Shown here piece by piece: positions 23,201-35,119 of a stretch of DNA of 64,000 nt. Position 1 is the stretch's first letter; every line of letters starts with the position of its first letter. The stretch lies in NCBI GenBank assembly GCA_964019425.1, contig OZ025780.1, positions 1,736,001-1,800,000 on the forward strand, in the 5' to 3' direction. The position numbers and the translations under genes are program-made. The stretch comes from Flectonema sp. DT1601 (Eukaryota). The notes under the pieces were generated by a model that saw nothing but the letters and a program-made list of their open reading frames with translations, was not told where the DNA came from and searched no databases.

Positions 23201-25551
23201 TATTTTTTCTTTCTTTTTTTTTGAAAAAGTGAAATGACTTCACTTGGCAAAATACGTGTCCAAAGTCCTTCACCAATATTGTGTTTTTTTTAAAGTCTTC
23301 GTATTTTTGAAAAATAAACATATGCGGGTTTTTTTTTTCCTCTTTTTTTTTTCGTTGTTTTTTTTCCCCCCTCCTGTCACTCTTTTTTATTTTGGAATCT
23401 TTTCGAAACTCCCCTCATATTTGACCCGATTGCAACCACGTCGTCACTCCTCATAATTTGAATGTAGCTTTATTTTTAATTATTTGGTACAACCACTTGT
23501 TAAGTAATTAAGTCATTGTAATACCCTCTCTCATATGTCCAGAAAGGTGTCGAAAAAGATGGGGGAAAAAAAAAAAAAAAAGAAAAAGAAAAGAAATGAA
23601 GAAAAAAAAAAAAGGATGTAACCCGTTGATTGTTAATTCCTCGATGGTGGGTAAACGGTCTTTTTTTTGGTTGTTCTCGTCATTAAAACAACGCGGTCTC
23701 TTCATGAAGGGATGGTTGTAAAGAGGACTATATATTTTTTTTTTTTTTTTTTTTTGTATTTTTTTATATTGTGCTACTGCTACTGAAATCTAGCCTCAAA
23801 AAAACCCCTCGTAGTAGTTTCCGGCGCATATGTTACATAACACTTTTACGTATTATTTTTTTTTTTTTTGGCATGATGAAAGAAGGGGAAAAAAAAAAAG
23901 AAGAAAAAAAAAAAAAAAAAAAGGGAATGAATTCCATACCCTTTTGTTGTTCTAATTATTATGAACATATAAATTTTTTTTTCGATTATGCTCGTTTTCT
24001 TTATGTGGTAAAAACTACGTCTTTTTTTTGCGGAAATAAATGGGTCAGCAAGTGACGTCAGTAGATCTCCTGCTTTGTTTTTCTTATTTTTGCACGCAAC
24101 ATCATGAGATCCAAGATACGTCAGAGACTCTTGGCACCAATATTTCTCACTCTCCTCACGTAAATCGTTAGCCAGAATCTATTTTTTTTTGTTGTTGTTT
24201 TTTTTCTCCTCTTCTGTATTGTAACAAATGCAGTATATATCAACGACTATATCAACTGCGATTATGAATAGAAGAGGGGAAAAAAAAAAAAAAAACTCAT
24301 AAGAACCCACGAATATTAAAAACGCATATTCGTAGAACGGAAAAAAGAACAAAAAAAAAAAAAAAAAAAGATAAAAATGAAAAGTCCCTTTGCTGGGTTG
24401 GTTGTAAATCTTAGCATCCCTTTTAGTTCGTTATTGGTGTTTTGTTTGTCTAAGTGAACCTTATCCTTACGACAATGGCTAAACAAAAGATTGTAGGAAT
24501 ATAGAGTGATTCTCATTCCTGGTTTTTTTTGTCAGTTTTGTTAGTTTGCCATTTCCTCCTAGGCGAGGACGGAATCTTACAGTTCTTGACTCTGATGGTG
24601 CGATTTCTGCGATCAAGCACGGGGGGGTTTTATTTTTCTTCTTCCCTTCTTCCCTTTTTTTTGTAAATGCAAAAGTTACGATGAGCTTTAGGAAGTGAAA
24701 TAAATAGTTTGCGAAAAATGGACGTGTACTGGATTGGTGTAGCCAGCACACGGTTTCTGTTCATGTTAGTTGACTAATGCGATTCCTTTTTTTTTTAAGC
24801 TCCTTTAAGAGAAAAAAAAAAAAAAAACCGAAAAGTAATTTCTTTTCGTTGAACAATGTGTGTAACGCTTGACCGTTCGCAACCGAACGCAAGAACCAGA
24901 ATATCTTAATTATGTTCCCTTCTTCATGTATAGTGATGCATTGTTGAAAATGTCAAAAAAAAAAAAAAAAAAAAAAAAACTTGTTTCTGCTTTGTTTGTT
25001 TTTTTTTTTTTTTTGTTGTTGTTTAAAAAAACTGTCTTACCTATTCTCTGTGTCGATATTACCGAGTTTCAGGTCTGGGTAGCTTGTTGAGCGAAGATAC
25101 ATGAGCTGAGCTCAAAGTAAAATTAAATATTTTTGCCTATTTTCATATCCACGTTCTCCATTCATTCCCTACCGCCACCTCCTTCGTAGTTGCTCCCAAA
25201 TGATGACAAGGTCTGTACTGAACGCGATTTTCATTATTATTATATATTTTCTTTTTTTTCAATCTGCGAAAAAATTTATATTCAATTGTTTTTCTTTATT
25301 ACAGCCATCTACACTGCGGAGAGAACGTACTTCAACAATCCATTCGAAATCTTCGGATATGGCTACGGATTGGGTCCTCTGTTACTGTGAGTAACACAGC
25401 ACTCATAATATACAGTAACGTTGGATTATATAACTAGCGTTGTTTCATCTTAGCCCGAAACCAACTTGTTTGTTGTCCTACGAAATTTTGCTTTTTTTTT
25501 GATTGACTACTGGCCTACTTTTTTTCCCCCAGTTCTTTATCAAATTTAATC

Positions 25552-26397
25552 ATGTCGGCGTATGTCGCAATTGGTATGGCCATGGGAGGAGCCCTCGTCG
25601 TGCAGTCAATTCGTTCTCTTTTAAAGAAGAGAAAGACTACTTTAAAAGGACCAAGAGAGAAGGTTGAATTAGAATTAGTTTCAAGAGAGGATTTGAGTCA
25701 TAACTCACGTTTGTTTACCTTTGCGCTTCCGGGACCAGATTGGAGACTTGGACTTCCTGTTGGACAGCACGTATCGTTATACTGTACCGTTGAAGGTAAG
25801 TTAGTTATCAGAGCTTACACACCTGTCACAAATGATGCCACTCGCGGTGTTGTCAAACTCGCTATTAAAGTCTACCCTGACGGTAAAATGACTCAGTACC
25901 TCGAAAAAATGAAAGTTGGTGAAAAGATGTTATTTGCTGGGCCAAAGGGTGAATTTGAATACAAGGGAAACGGAAAGTTCACAATAAAGGGAAAGAGTAG
26001 TCAAGTTGATCACTTCGGAATGATTGCTGGTGGGTCAGGTATCACTCCTGTTCTTCAGATTATTGAAGCTATTTATAACAACGAAAAAGACAAAACAAAA
26101 GTATCATTGATATACGCTAATCAGACCGAAGACGATATTCTTCTCAGAGAAACTTTAGAAGAAATGGCTGTTAACAGAAAAGGACAATTCAACTTTTACT
26201 TTACTCTCGACAGACCTGCTGATGATTGGACTCAAGGTAAGGGATTCATCACTGAAGCAATGATCAAAGAGAATCTTCCACCTTCTACCGATGACACTAT
26301 CGTTCTGATGTGTGGACCACCTCCGATGTTGAAATATGCGTGTGAACCAAACCTCACTGCTCTTGGATACTCTGCTCAGCAAAAATTCGTTTTCTAA
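25552..26397 (+). CDS. NADH-cytochrome b5 reductase
   Basis: LGLPVGQH, RAYTP, GKMTQYL, MIAGGSGITP and CGPPPM motifs, plus an N-terminal membrane anchor. Confidence 0.95.
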   Translation: MSAYVAIGMAMGGALVVQSIRSLLKKRKTTLKGPREKVELELVSREDLSHNSRLFTFALPGPDWRLGLPVGQHVSLYCTVEGKLVIRAYTPVTNDATRGVVKLAIKVYPDGKMTQYLEKMKVGEKMLFAGPKGEFEYKGNGKFTIKGKSSQVDHFGMIAGGSGITPVLQIIEAIYNNEKDKTKVSLIYANQTEDDILLRETLEEMAVNRKGQFNFYFTLDRPADDWTQGKGFITEAMIKENLPPSTDDTIVLMCGPPPMLKYACEPNLTALGYSAQQKFVF

Positions 26398-28065
26398 GCA
26401 GTCTGTTTAGTTTGATTAAATGAAAAAAAAAAAATTATAAAAGTGTTGTATTACTTTCCTCTACCGTGTTCAATTGTGTCGCATAATTCGTAGAGCCACT
26501 CAAGGCATCTTCCCAAGACGGTTGTTGAAAGAATAATATCAATGCAGGGAAAAAAAAAAAAAAAAAGAATATAACTTTGTTGCAATCACATTATTTGGGC
26601 AGCTGCTGTAAGTTTTTGCTGCTCTCTCTCTCGTTGTTTTACGTCTGATCAAGGCCAGTCCATGGTATTCAGACAGGACTGGATCTTAAGGCGGATTACT
26701 TCCCCTTCTTGATTTTTAGTTTTTTTTTATTTTATTTTGTTTCCCTATCAATATATCAAGATAGCCATCCTAGCCTTTTTTTTCAATTTGGAGGGAACGG
26801 ATTTTTTCTACGAAAAACCGTTGCTTTTCTCTGATCCCAACCCCAAGAAAGAAAAAAAAAAAAAAGAGTCAGAAAAGAAAAACAAAAAAAAAACAAAAAC
26901 AAGGCAGATCAAGAAAAGGGAATTATCTATTCCGGCAAAAGCTAGATTGCGATTGTATTTAGCTGAAAGTGGGTTGTGATATCTTCTTCTCTCCTCTCTT
27001 GTTTTATTTTTTTGATTGACCTTTTTTTAAATATTCATAACGACTTTCCGTTAAAATACATTCAGTTTTTATAGCGTTCTGTGTAAAGTGTTTTTATTAA
27101 CCACCTTCAGCATTCTAGTTGGTCAGTTATATTTTGAAGAGGGACTCTAATTAGTTGACGTGTACTCATTGTTAAGGAAAATCTTTTCGATAAATAACTG
27201 TCTCTGATGGTGGAATATGTAATTTGTGTTAATTTTTTTTTTCTTTTTTTTTTTTCTTATGTTTCACAGGATGAGTCTTGAGTGGCTTTGTTACTTCCTG
27301 TGTGTACAAAAAAAAAAAAAAAAAAAAGTGAGCTAAGGGGAGAGTGCAGAAATGAAAAAAAAAAGTTAAAAATAACAAGGAAATAGCGTTCTGGTAACAA
27401 GAGTTGAATAAAACACCTTTTCTTAGATTACATGAGTGGTATTTAGGGCTCGTCACAGTGCTAGACCAAACTAATATCCGCGAATCTATCAAGTGTTGTG
27501 TTTGGTTTGTCATTTATTTATTATCAATGCTTGATTCTTTATTTGGAGGCGGCGGCCATTTGGCTGTTTTTTTTTTCTTCTTTTTTTCCCCGTTCACTGT
27601 AGTGCTGCAAACTGTTTAATCAAAAACTCTTTTTCTTTAAAAAAAGATGATTAAGAAGAAAAAAAAAAAAAAAAAAAAAATCACATTCAAGACCGAAAAC
27701 TATTTCTCCATTCTGTTGCAGTGAGTCACCCTCTTAGAGTATTAATACACCGTAACGTTGGATTAAATAAATAACTTACTAACATTCTCGCGGATTGTGG
27801 AGTTATTTATCTCTCTTGTTATTTTTTTAATTTTTTTTTTTTTTTTTTTTTTAAATTTTTGAATTTTGTATTCGGGCGTGGCTTACAAGAACCAAGTAGT
27901 TTATAGCAAAGTCTCACAATATTTCTCACCAAATCTCTTAAGACTATAAAAAAAAAAAAAAAAAAAGAAGAATATGGCGCCTTAAGAACGAGAATTACGT
28001 TGAGTAGCTTCCGTGAAAAAACTTTAAATAATATTTTTTTATTGAATCCAATACCAGCTCACGAA

Positions 28066-30567
28066 ATGGAGGCGACGAAATCAAAAGATGCAGATACCCG
28101 GGAAAGACTACTGCAAGCCTTTCAATCATCTAATGCACTAAGAGGACTTCAAGATGATTCAAGTGGGTTCAGACCCAGTCCTTCGAAGTTTATAACTGCT
28201 ATGAAAGCAGCACATGATAGAAATGTTGTTGTAGTTCCAAATCAAGTTCAACAACCAGAACAGGTAGAAGTTCAAGCTCCGTGTAATACAAGTTTAATGA
28301 AGAGTTGTGGTATTCAAACAGTAAGAAGAGGACCTTATGAATTAGATAACACAGAACTTCAAGCCATCAGAGATGGTAGAGCTGAAGTTCTTGAAATGCT
28401 TCGTCTCCAGGGAGTACTCGTCGACACGGACACAAGTGGACAGTTGGATGAGAAGCTTCTTGATGAACGATTTCGAGAATCTCGTCAAATCCCAAATGTT
28501 AACGATCGTATTAGTCATCTTTTTAATGAAGAGTTGACTGCAGACGATGATGGAATCTCACCAGACTCTTTAGGACGATGTACAAGGAAAGCAGGTCCTT
28601 ATTATCAACTTCAACAAGCAAAGTTTATGCTCCGAAGACAAGAAGAAAAAATTAACGAAATCATGCGAAAGGTACATGTCCGCGGTAATAGAAACCAGGG
28701 TACGAGAGCAGTAGAAGGAGGAGGTGATGACACAGCTGATCTAAAGCAGAAGCTAAAACAGGCTCAGGCTCGGATTCGAAATTCCGAAACAGAATTTACG
28801 GCTTTAGAAAAATCATACAAAGAAGCCAGAGGGATGGCTGATCAATTGGGAGCAGAAGTACAAAGTACGAAGAACAGAATAGAAAAGTTAAAATCAATCA
28901 CCTGCTCTATGATAAACGATTTATCCAAAGCACTAACACCTCTTTCTTCAAAACCCAGAATTGAACCAAAAGACGTCCTAAAGGTAGTCTTGTGTATCCG
29001 AAATAGTTTTCAAGACTGCGCCTTCAACTGTGTTAGTGACTTCGTACAGTTAGTAGGAAACGGTAATCTACTTGAAGATACTAAGCGCTCAATAAAGAAA
29101 GTGATCTCAACAGCTGATTCTCTTAAGGGAATAATTGAAGGAAAAGTCATCCCAACTCGATTTTTAGATGAAAAAAGTGCCATTCGAAAATTCGAAGAGG
29201 CAGCCACCAAGATCACAGGAATGCTTCAATACACCATAGGAATAATACCCAGTATACCTGAACGACCTGAAGCCACAGACGGAGAAGGTGAAACCAGCGG
29301 AGACGAGAATACAGCCAAAACCCCTTTACCCGACGAACAGGTTGAAGAAATTGATAACAAGGCAGTCTTAGTAAATATTTGCAAACAGGTTAAAAGCTCT
29401 GCAGTCAAGTCTGTTGCTCATCTGGTTGAAGTACGCAAGTCACTCGAATCTGTTGGAAGATATCTTGACATGGATCCTCCTATTCACGTTGAGACTAATG
29501 AGTTCATCAGAATTCAAACAATAATACAAACACTCAGGTCTAACTTTACTAAACTCATTGAAGACAAACTAGCTGAGAGAATAATAGTAGCACAAGAATC
29601 ATGGGCTGCTGAAGTTCAAAAGATAAACAATGAACGTAAATCAGAAGAACAATCAGCGCTCAGTAACTGTCTACAATACAAAGCTCTATTAGAATCAGAG
29701 ATGCAACCTATCAGGAGGACAAAAGCTCGATTACTATTTTCAAAAGTTGCCTGCAACAGGAAATTAGAAAAACTTAAAAACCTAAAGATACCTTTACCAA
29801 GATGGATCGTTTATTCATTAAAAAGAGTTTACAGTAAACAACTATTAAATATACAGCTTCAGTTATTATCATTATCGTTCTCGATGAATGACTTAATGAA
29901 AGCTCATTGGAAGAATTTTGAGACTCAAATTATATCTGTTTTCACACCGTGGAAGAAATCACCCCAACCAACACGTAGAAAAGGACAACCAGCATCACCA
30001 GCTGTAGTTTATAATAATGAATCGGATGCTCATAAATTGTGGGGAATACTTCATGACTTGATTAGTAAAAGAAGTCAACATTTGGAGTCAGGTATTAATG
30101 GTTTTACTGCGGCAAGTGATGTTGTTCAATACGCATTGGAATTAATGAATGCTCACGTTAGATACCTTCGTCGAGATGAACAAGATAGAATTAGGACTTG
30201 GGAAAATATAAAACAACGTCGTGACATCCTTCGTGATCAAGAAAATAAGCTTCGGGCCAAATCTGAGGGTCGTCAGTTCTGGTCATCTTCATCACTTTCT
30301 CCTTCGTCTGATAAACCTGTTTATGTGTCTGGTAAAGTTGGTGAGCAGATTGCCCGAAATAAAAACATTAAATTCACACCAGTTCCACCTCCCTGCAACA
30401 TCATCCAAAAACGTCCGCAAGTAGAGTCAAACGTTTCTCTTGAATTAGAGGGGCGTCTTCCTCCTCTTTGTCTTGTGAATTGTGAGCTTCCCACAATCAA
30501 ATCTATTCTCTCAAATGGGATATATTCAAGAGTAGGTGCTGGTCTGATAACATTCCCAGCAATATAA
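28066..30567 (+). CDS. Long coiled-coil protein of unknown function
   Basis: ORF of >830 aa with heptad-rich segments. The first ATG follows a cag acceptor. Confidence 0.75.
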   Translation: MEATKSKDADTRERLLQAFQSSNALRGLQDDSSGFRPSPSKFITAMKAAHDRNVVVVPNQVQQPEQVEVQAPCNTSLMKSCGIQTVRRGPYELDNTELQAIRDGRAEVLEMLRLQGVLVDTDTSGQLDEKLLDERFRESRQIPNVNDRISHLFNEELTADDDGISPDSLGRCTRKAGPYYQLQQAKFMLRRQEEKINEIMRKVHVRGNRNQGTRAVEGGGDDTADLKQKLKQAQARIRNSETEFTALEKSYKEARGMADQLGAEVQSTKNRIEKLKSITCSMINDLSKALTPLSSKPRIEPKDVLKVVLCIRNSFQDCAFNCVSDFVQLVGNGNLLEDTKRSIKKVISTADSLKGIIEGKVIPTRFLDEKSAIRKFEEAATKITGMLQYTIGIIPSIPERPEATDGEGETSGDENTAKTPLPDEQVEEIDNKAVLVNICKQVKSSAVKSVAHLVEVRKSLESVGRYLDMDPPIHVETNEFIRIQTIIQTLRSNFTKLIEDKLAERIIVAQESWAAEVQKINNERKSEEQSALSNCLQYKALLESEMQPIRRTKARLLFSKVACNRKLEKLKNLKIPLPRWIVYSLKRVYSKQLLNIQLQLLSLSFSMNDLMKAHWKNFETQIISVFTPWKKSPQPTRRKGQPASPAVVYNNESDAHKLWGILHDLISKRSQHLESGINGFTAASDVVQYALELMNAHVRYLRRDEQDRIRTWENIKQRRDILRDQENKLRAKSEGRQFWSSSSLSPSSDKPVYVSGKVGEQIARNKNIKFTPVPPPCNIIQKRPQVESNVSLELEGRLPPLCLVNCELPTIKSILSNGIYSRVGAGLITFPAI

Positions 30568-30864
30568 TCCAGCTGTGAACTCCGTCTTTGTTATACACAT
30601 CTTTCCTTAGTCAGATGTCTACCAGACAGTCTCTAGGAATCATAAAAATAATAGAAAAAAAAAAAACTCAATTATTTTTGCCACATGGCTCGATACTTCA
30701 GCCGCTGTTTTGCTTTTTTGTTCCATCCTCTACCAGAAGTAGGGAGCGTTATTTCTATGATGCTCTAACTACTTATTAGATGATAAGTTAAAGTCTACTA
30801 CATGCCTTTTCTTAAGGTTACTTTCCAAAACAACAGTACCTACCTATTCGTGTTGTTTATTGTA

Positions 30865-32925
30865 ATGGTAAAGAAATTAAAGAAGAAAGGACTCCGTCAA
30901 CATGTTGATATGGTTACAGCATTAAGTGGGATGGTTCCGAGAGAAGATTTGGTACATATTCGAAAAACTCACAAAGCTGAAGATATAATAGAAAGAGAAG
31001 AAGAAGAGAAAGTTTCGAGTGACGAAGACGACGTTGTAGAATTAGGTTGTGAATCACCGAGTTCGATACTGTCGGAGGAGGTTAGTAATAATGTCGTAGT
31101 CAAGAAAAAACAATTTAATTTCAAAGACATAATAAAAGAAAGTAGAGTTCAAGAACAATACTCTGCCATATTATCAAGAAAAGATTTTGAAATAGCAAAA
31201 TTGCGAACCCGATGTGCGAACTCTGACGAAGCGGTAATCAGCTGCAACAAATCACTAGAAAAATTGAAACAAGAATTATCTGACCTAAACCTCCAAATGC
31301 AGGGTGACGAAGTATTTGTAAAAGTCAGACGTAAACAAGATTTGATGAGATTCCTCAGAAGAGCTGCTGAAGTTGGAACAAACAGAGGATTACAGGAATT
31401 ATTAAAATGGATAAAGCAAGAAGAACAAAACGTCATTCATGACAAAGACTCTCCAGGAGACGCCATGACCGCCACAGAACTACTACAACGACTTCGAACG
31501 GAAGAACGAACTCGAATATCATGTGAGAGGGAGCTTAAACAAAAGACTGAAGAATGTGAAGCTGCGGACTCTAAAGTTGATTCGCTGTCGAAAATTATAT
31601 CCGCTTACGGCAACCTCCGAACGATACTGCAGCAGACGAAGGAAACCTTGTCGAAGTTGAAAAGTGTTGGAGACGGTATCAAGATGGAAGTACTTTCATT
31701 TTTTACTACTCAACTAGGAATCGAATCGGAGCTATCAGAAACCTCTCCGTTGTTTGAGTTCGTGTCACACGCTAAAGCACTCGAAGTAAGAGTTGAAGTT
31801 CAACAAGAAGAACTACAGAACTACGTCTCCGTCCGAGAGAAATTCGCTGAAACCTGCAGCGACCTCTTCAAAAAATTCAGATCATTCCGACTCAGTAATA
31901 TAAAAAACGAAAAACCAGAAGAAGACATCATCGTCATCAACTGTGACAGTGACTTCCCTCACATATCGACAGCCCTATCTCAATTGGTGCAGTACAGTAA
32001 TAATGTTACGGAGGAATTGATTGCAAGAAAAGGTGAGCTTCGATATCTCCAAGTTCAATACCATGAGATGAAAAATAAATATAAGATTGCTTTAAATGAC
32101 ATTCAAATCATAAAAAGTGACATCATAGATGCTGAAAACCAACGTCTAGCCAACCAACGAGAAACCAGCACCAACACTGAAGATAAATATGTTCCTCAAG
32201 ACGCAGAGAGGAATACTTCAATTGGAAGTTTGATGTCAGAATTAAAAGAAAGAGTTTCGTTTATGACTCAGGGAGAATCAATAAATGAAGTTATGCAGGA
32301 ACTTTCTTCGATACAAAATCAGTTTATGCAGCCACAACCTGAACAAGAATTAGAATCTAATAAAGAGTCACCTCAATTAATTATACCAAAGAACATTGCA
32401 AGATGTCGAATCACTGGAAGAGAAGTGATTGTAGCTGATGACGTAGATAGGAATAATGATTTTCTAAAATCAGCTTTACACAATTACACCAGATGGGAAC
32501 GTAGATTAGACAATCTGAGAACCCATCAACGCGATACTCTTGAACGGTTACAAAAACTTCTTCAAGTTGAATTAGCTGCACAGCGAGCATGTGGAAACCG
32601 AATCCTTTCTTACGTAGTTCGGAGAAAGATGTCTGCAATAAAAGAGATCTTAGAAACGCTACCTCTAAAGGAACTGTTCAGTCCTCCTGCTTCTGATTCT
32701 GTTATTGATTACGGTCCCGGATTAGATCTTCCTGAACTGAATTGTGTTAGTTATGGTTATTCTTTACAAAATAATATTCGTTCGGTTACTTCTCAAACTG
32801 TACCAGAAGTTGCAAAACCTAAAATAGTTGTCGATGAGCCTCAGATTGGAGGATTGATACTACCGCCTATTAGAATACCTCTTCACTCACTTTGTGTAGT
32901 TCGTGAAAGAGGTTTATATGTTTAA
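30865..32925 (+). CDS. Long coiled-coil protein of unknown function
   Basis: ORF of ~690 aa rich in E/K/L/Q heptads. The start could also be 30802. Confidence 0.75.
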   Translation: MVKKLKKKGLRQHVDMVTALSGMVPREDLVHIRKTHKAEDIIEREEEEKVSSDEDDVVELGCESPSSILSEEVSNNVVVKKKQFNFKDIIKESRVQEQYSAILSRKDFEIAKLRTRCANSDEAVISCNKSLEKLKQELSDLNLQMQGDEVFVKVRRKQDLMRFLRRAAEVGTNRGLQELLKWIKQEEQNVIHDKDSPGDAMTATELLQRLRTEERTRISCERELKQKTEECEAADSKVDSLSKIISAYGNLRTILQQTKETLSKLKSVGDGIKMEVLSFFTTQLGIESELSETSPLFEFVSHAKALEVRVEVQQEELQNYVSVREKFAETCSDLFKKFRSFRLSNIKNEKPEEDIIVINCDSDFPHISTALSQLVQYSNNVTEELIARKGELRYLQVQYHEMKNKYKIALNDIQIIKSDIIDAENQRLANQRETSTNTEDKYVPQDAERNTSIGSLMSELKERVSFMTQGESINEVMQELSSIQNQFMQPQPEQELESNKESPQLIIPKNIARCRITGREVIVADDVDRNNDFLKSALHNYTRWERRLDNLRTHQRDTLERLQKLLQVELAAQRACGNRILSYVVRRKMSAIKEILETLPLKELFSPPASDSVIDYGPGLDLPELNCVSYGYSLQNNIRSVTSQTVPEVAKPKIVVDEPQIGGLILPPIRIPLHSLCVVRERGLYV

Positions 32926-33080
32926 TGTGCCCAATATTTTCATATTTTGGTTACTTTTTGCCTTTTTTTTTTTTATTTACACTGCTGTTTTTTTTTTGCT
33001 TATTGCCATTCTTTAACCTTTCTTTCTGTAAGCTAATTATATAATTATTTCCTTCATTTCAGACAAAAAGAGGAGCAACA

Positions 33081-33983
33081 ATGGAGAATTCATCAATTTC
33101 GATGTTGCAAGACATTGGTTCCAATCATAGGCAGTACTTACAAGAGATGGTTTCAAACATGAAATGTGGACAGATCAGCATCGGGGAAGGAGACGTGTTG
33201 GTTGTTGTTGATATGCAAAATGATTTTTTACCAGGAGGTAGATTCGGAGTTGAGGAAGGTGACGAAATAATCCCTTTAATCAGTGAGTTGATTAACGTGT
33301 TTTTAGAAAAGGGAGGAGTTGTCGTAGCGACTAGAGATTATCACCCAATCGATCATGTTTCGTTTAAAGTGTTTCCTCCTCATTGTGTTCAGGGTCATGT
33401 CGGAGCTGATATCTGTCATCCAATCGCAGAAACATTAGAAACGGCAATGAAAAATAAAGATTACTTAGATAGGATTATTATTGCATTCAAAGGATTTCAT
33501 GAAGACGTTGACAGCTTTGGAGCTTTTCAATACGATGAATCCAGAAGTGAAAAGAGACTAACACAGAGACATGGTGAAGAACGAGTCCGACCATGCACAT
33601 CATGCGTATTAGATTGGACTGGTTCTCGTGTATTAAAATCATCATCGAGGATATTTGATGGAGTTGTGAATGTGAATGCTCCTCCTGATATTTTATCAAT
33701 TCACTCAGGAATTCTATTAAAAGACCAGTTGGATAATTTAAATGTCACTCGCGCTTTTTGCTGCGGTCTTGCTATGGATTTCTGTGTCCTCGACACTTCT
33801 ATCACTGGAGCTGTCTCTGGAGCATTCAGCAGAGGTGTAAGCATCGTTCTTGACGCTACTAGAGCATCAAGGGTTGAAGGTAATTTCGTCACACCGCCAA
33901 AAGTTTTCAAAAAAAAAACTGAAGACTACTACGTTTCCTTAGTACCTGCTGTTGCTATTACTGGTGGGAGAAAGTCAGGTTAA
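33081..33983 (+). CDS. pncA: Nicotinamidase/pyrazinamidase (isochorismatase family)
   Basis: VVDMQNDF, TRDYHP..H.SF, PPHCVQG, KG....DSFGAF and GLAMDFCV supply the catalytic D-K-C and the metal ligands. Confidence 0.88.
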   Translation: MENSSISMLQDIGSNHRQYLQEMVSNMKCGQISIGEGDVLVVVDMQNDFLPGGRFGVEEGDEIIPLISELINVFLEKGGVVVATRDYHPIDHVSFKVFPPHCVQGHVGADICHPIAETLETAMKNKDYLDRIIIAFKGFHEDVDSFGAFQYDESRSEKRLTQRHGEERVRPCTSCVLDWTGSRVLKSSSRIFDGVVNVNAPPDILSIHSGILLKDQLDNLNVTRAFCCGLAMDFCVLDTSITGAVSGAFSRGVSIVLDATRASRVEGNFVTPPKVFKKKTEDYYVSLVPAVAITGGRKSG

Positions 33984-35119
33984 ATTCATCACCTTAATTT
34001 TCTTCCTCCCTTTTAATCACTCCGCCATTAATAACGTAAATATAGTGATTATCTGCACATGTCTGGATGTTGGTTACCACATGGTGCAAATCATCTTTCA
34101 AATTGCTTAATTAATTTTTTTTAAAAAAAAACATAATGAAAAAAAAAAAAAAAAAAAAAAAAGACCAAAACATACTTTCTTCCTGCCTTAGAGTCGTTTT
34201 TTTTTGTTTTTTTGTTTTGTTTTGAAAAAAATTCAACAAATAGTAACAAACAAAACAAAACAAGAAAAGAAAAAAAAAATAGTAATAATTACAATAATTA
34301 TAAAAGCCCCTATTCACGAAATTAATAATCATGACAAGCAATTATTTGTACCCTTACAGATACGTGATGTTGTACGAGGCATGAGTTTAAAAAGAATTGG
34401 CTTTATCTTCAACTATACAGAAAATAATAATATAACAACTGTGATTTTTTTGTTTGTGCACGAAACCCGTGAACCGACTTAAACTGCTAAAGGAGGTTTA
34501 CGTGTGCTGCCCAACATTCTTTTTCGTTCTTACAATACTTGTTAAATGCAAAAAAAAAAAAAAAAAAAAAAGAGTACACGGACGAAAACCCGAGCATTAT
34601 CCCAGACCCAATATGTAGTTTCAGTCTGACCATTGCTTCCATTTATTTATTTCTATTATTACGGTTTTGAGGATTGCTCTTCGTTAGGTTCGCTTTATAT
34701 GTTAAGCTCTAGCCTCGGTATGAGTTACAAGTTACTGGAAAAAAGAAAAGAAGCAAAAAACTGCAGTGCTATTCTTGTTTGAAATATGTTTGATGGGCAG
34801 AATTTTATTGGTGCTCTTTTCATAGTCGATGTCAAACTGTTAGTCAGCCAGCCGTGGCAGGTTGGCTAAGAGGAACGATATTTGTGATTACATGATTTAC
34901 TTACCTTTCTGTAGAGAAGGTATTTTTTTCTTAGAAAAAAAACATAATAAAATAAAATAAAAAAAAAAATCTAAAAAAAAAAAAAAAAATATTTTATTCC
35001 ACTTCCCTCCCTGAGTCAAAATCCCCACAAATACCTCCCATCCCTAATTTTTGTTCGATTTTTTAAATTTCTTTTTTTTTTTTTTTGCATACAATTTCAT
35101 TTCTTGTGATTTCATATTT

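Noticed and set aside
24104..25394. Possible micro-exon gene ending IYTAERTYFNNPFEIFGYGYGLGPLLL
   Set aside because: Could not build a consistent spliced frame with a start codon; needs RNA-seq.
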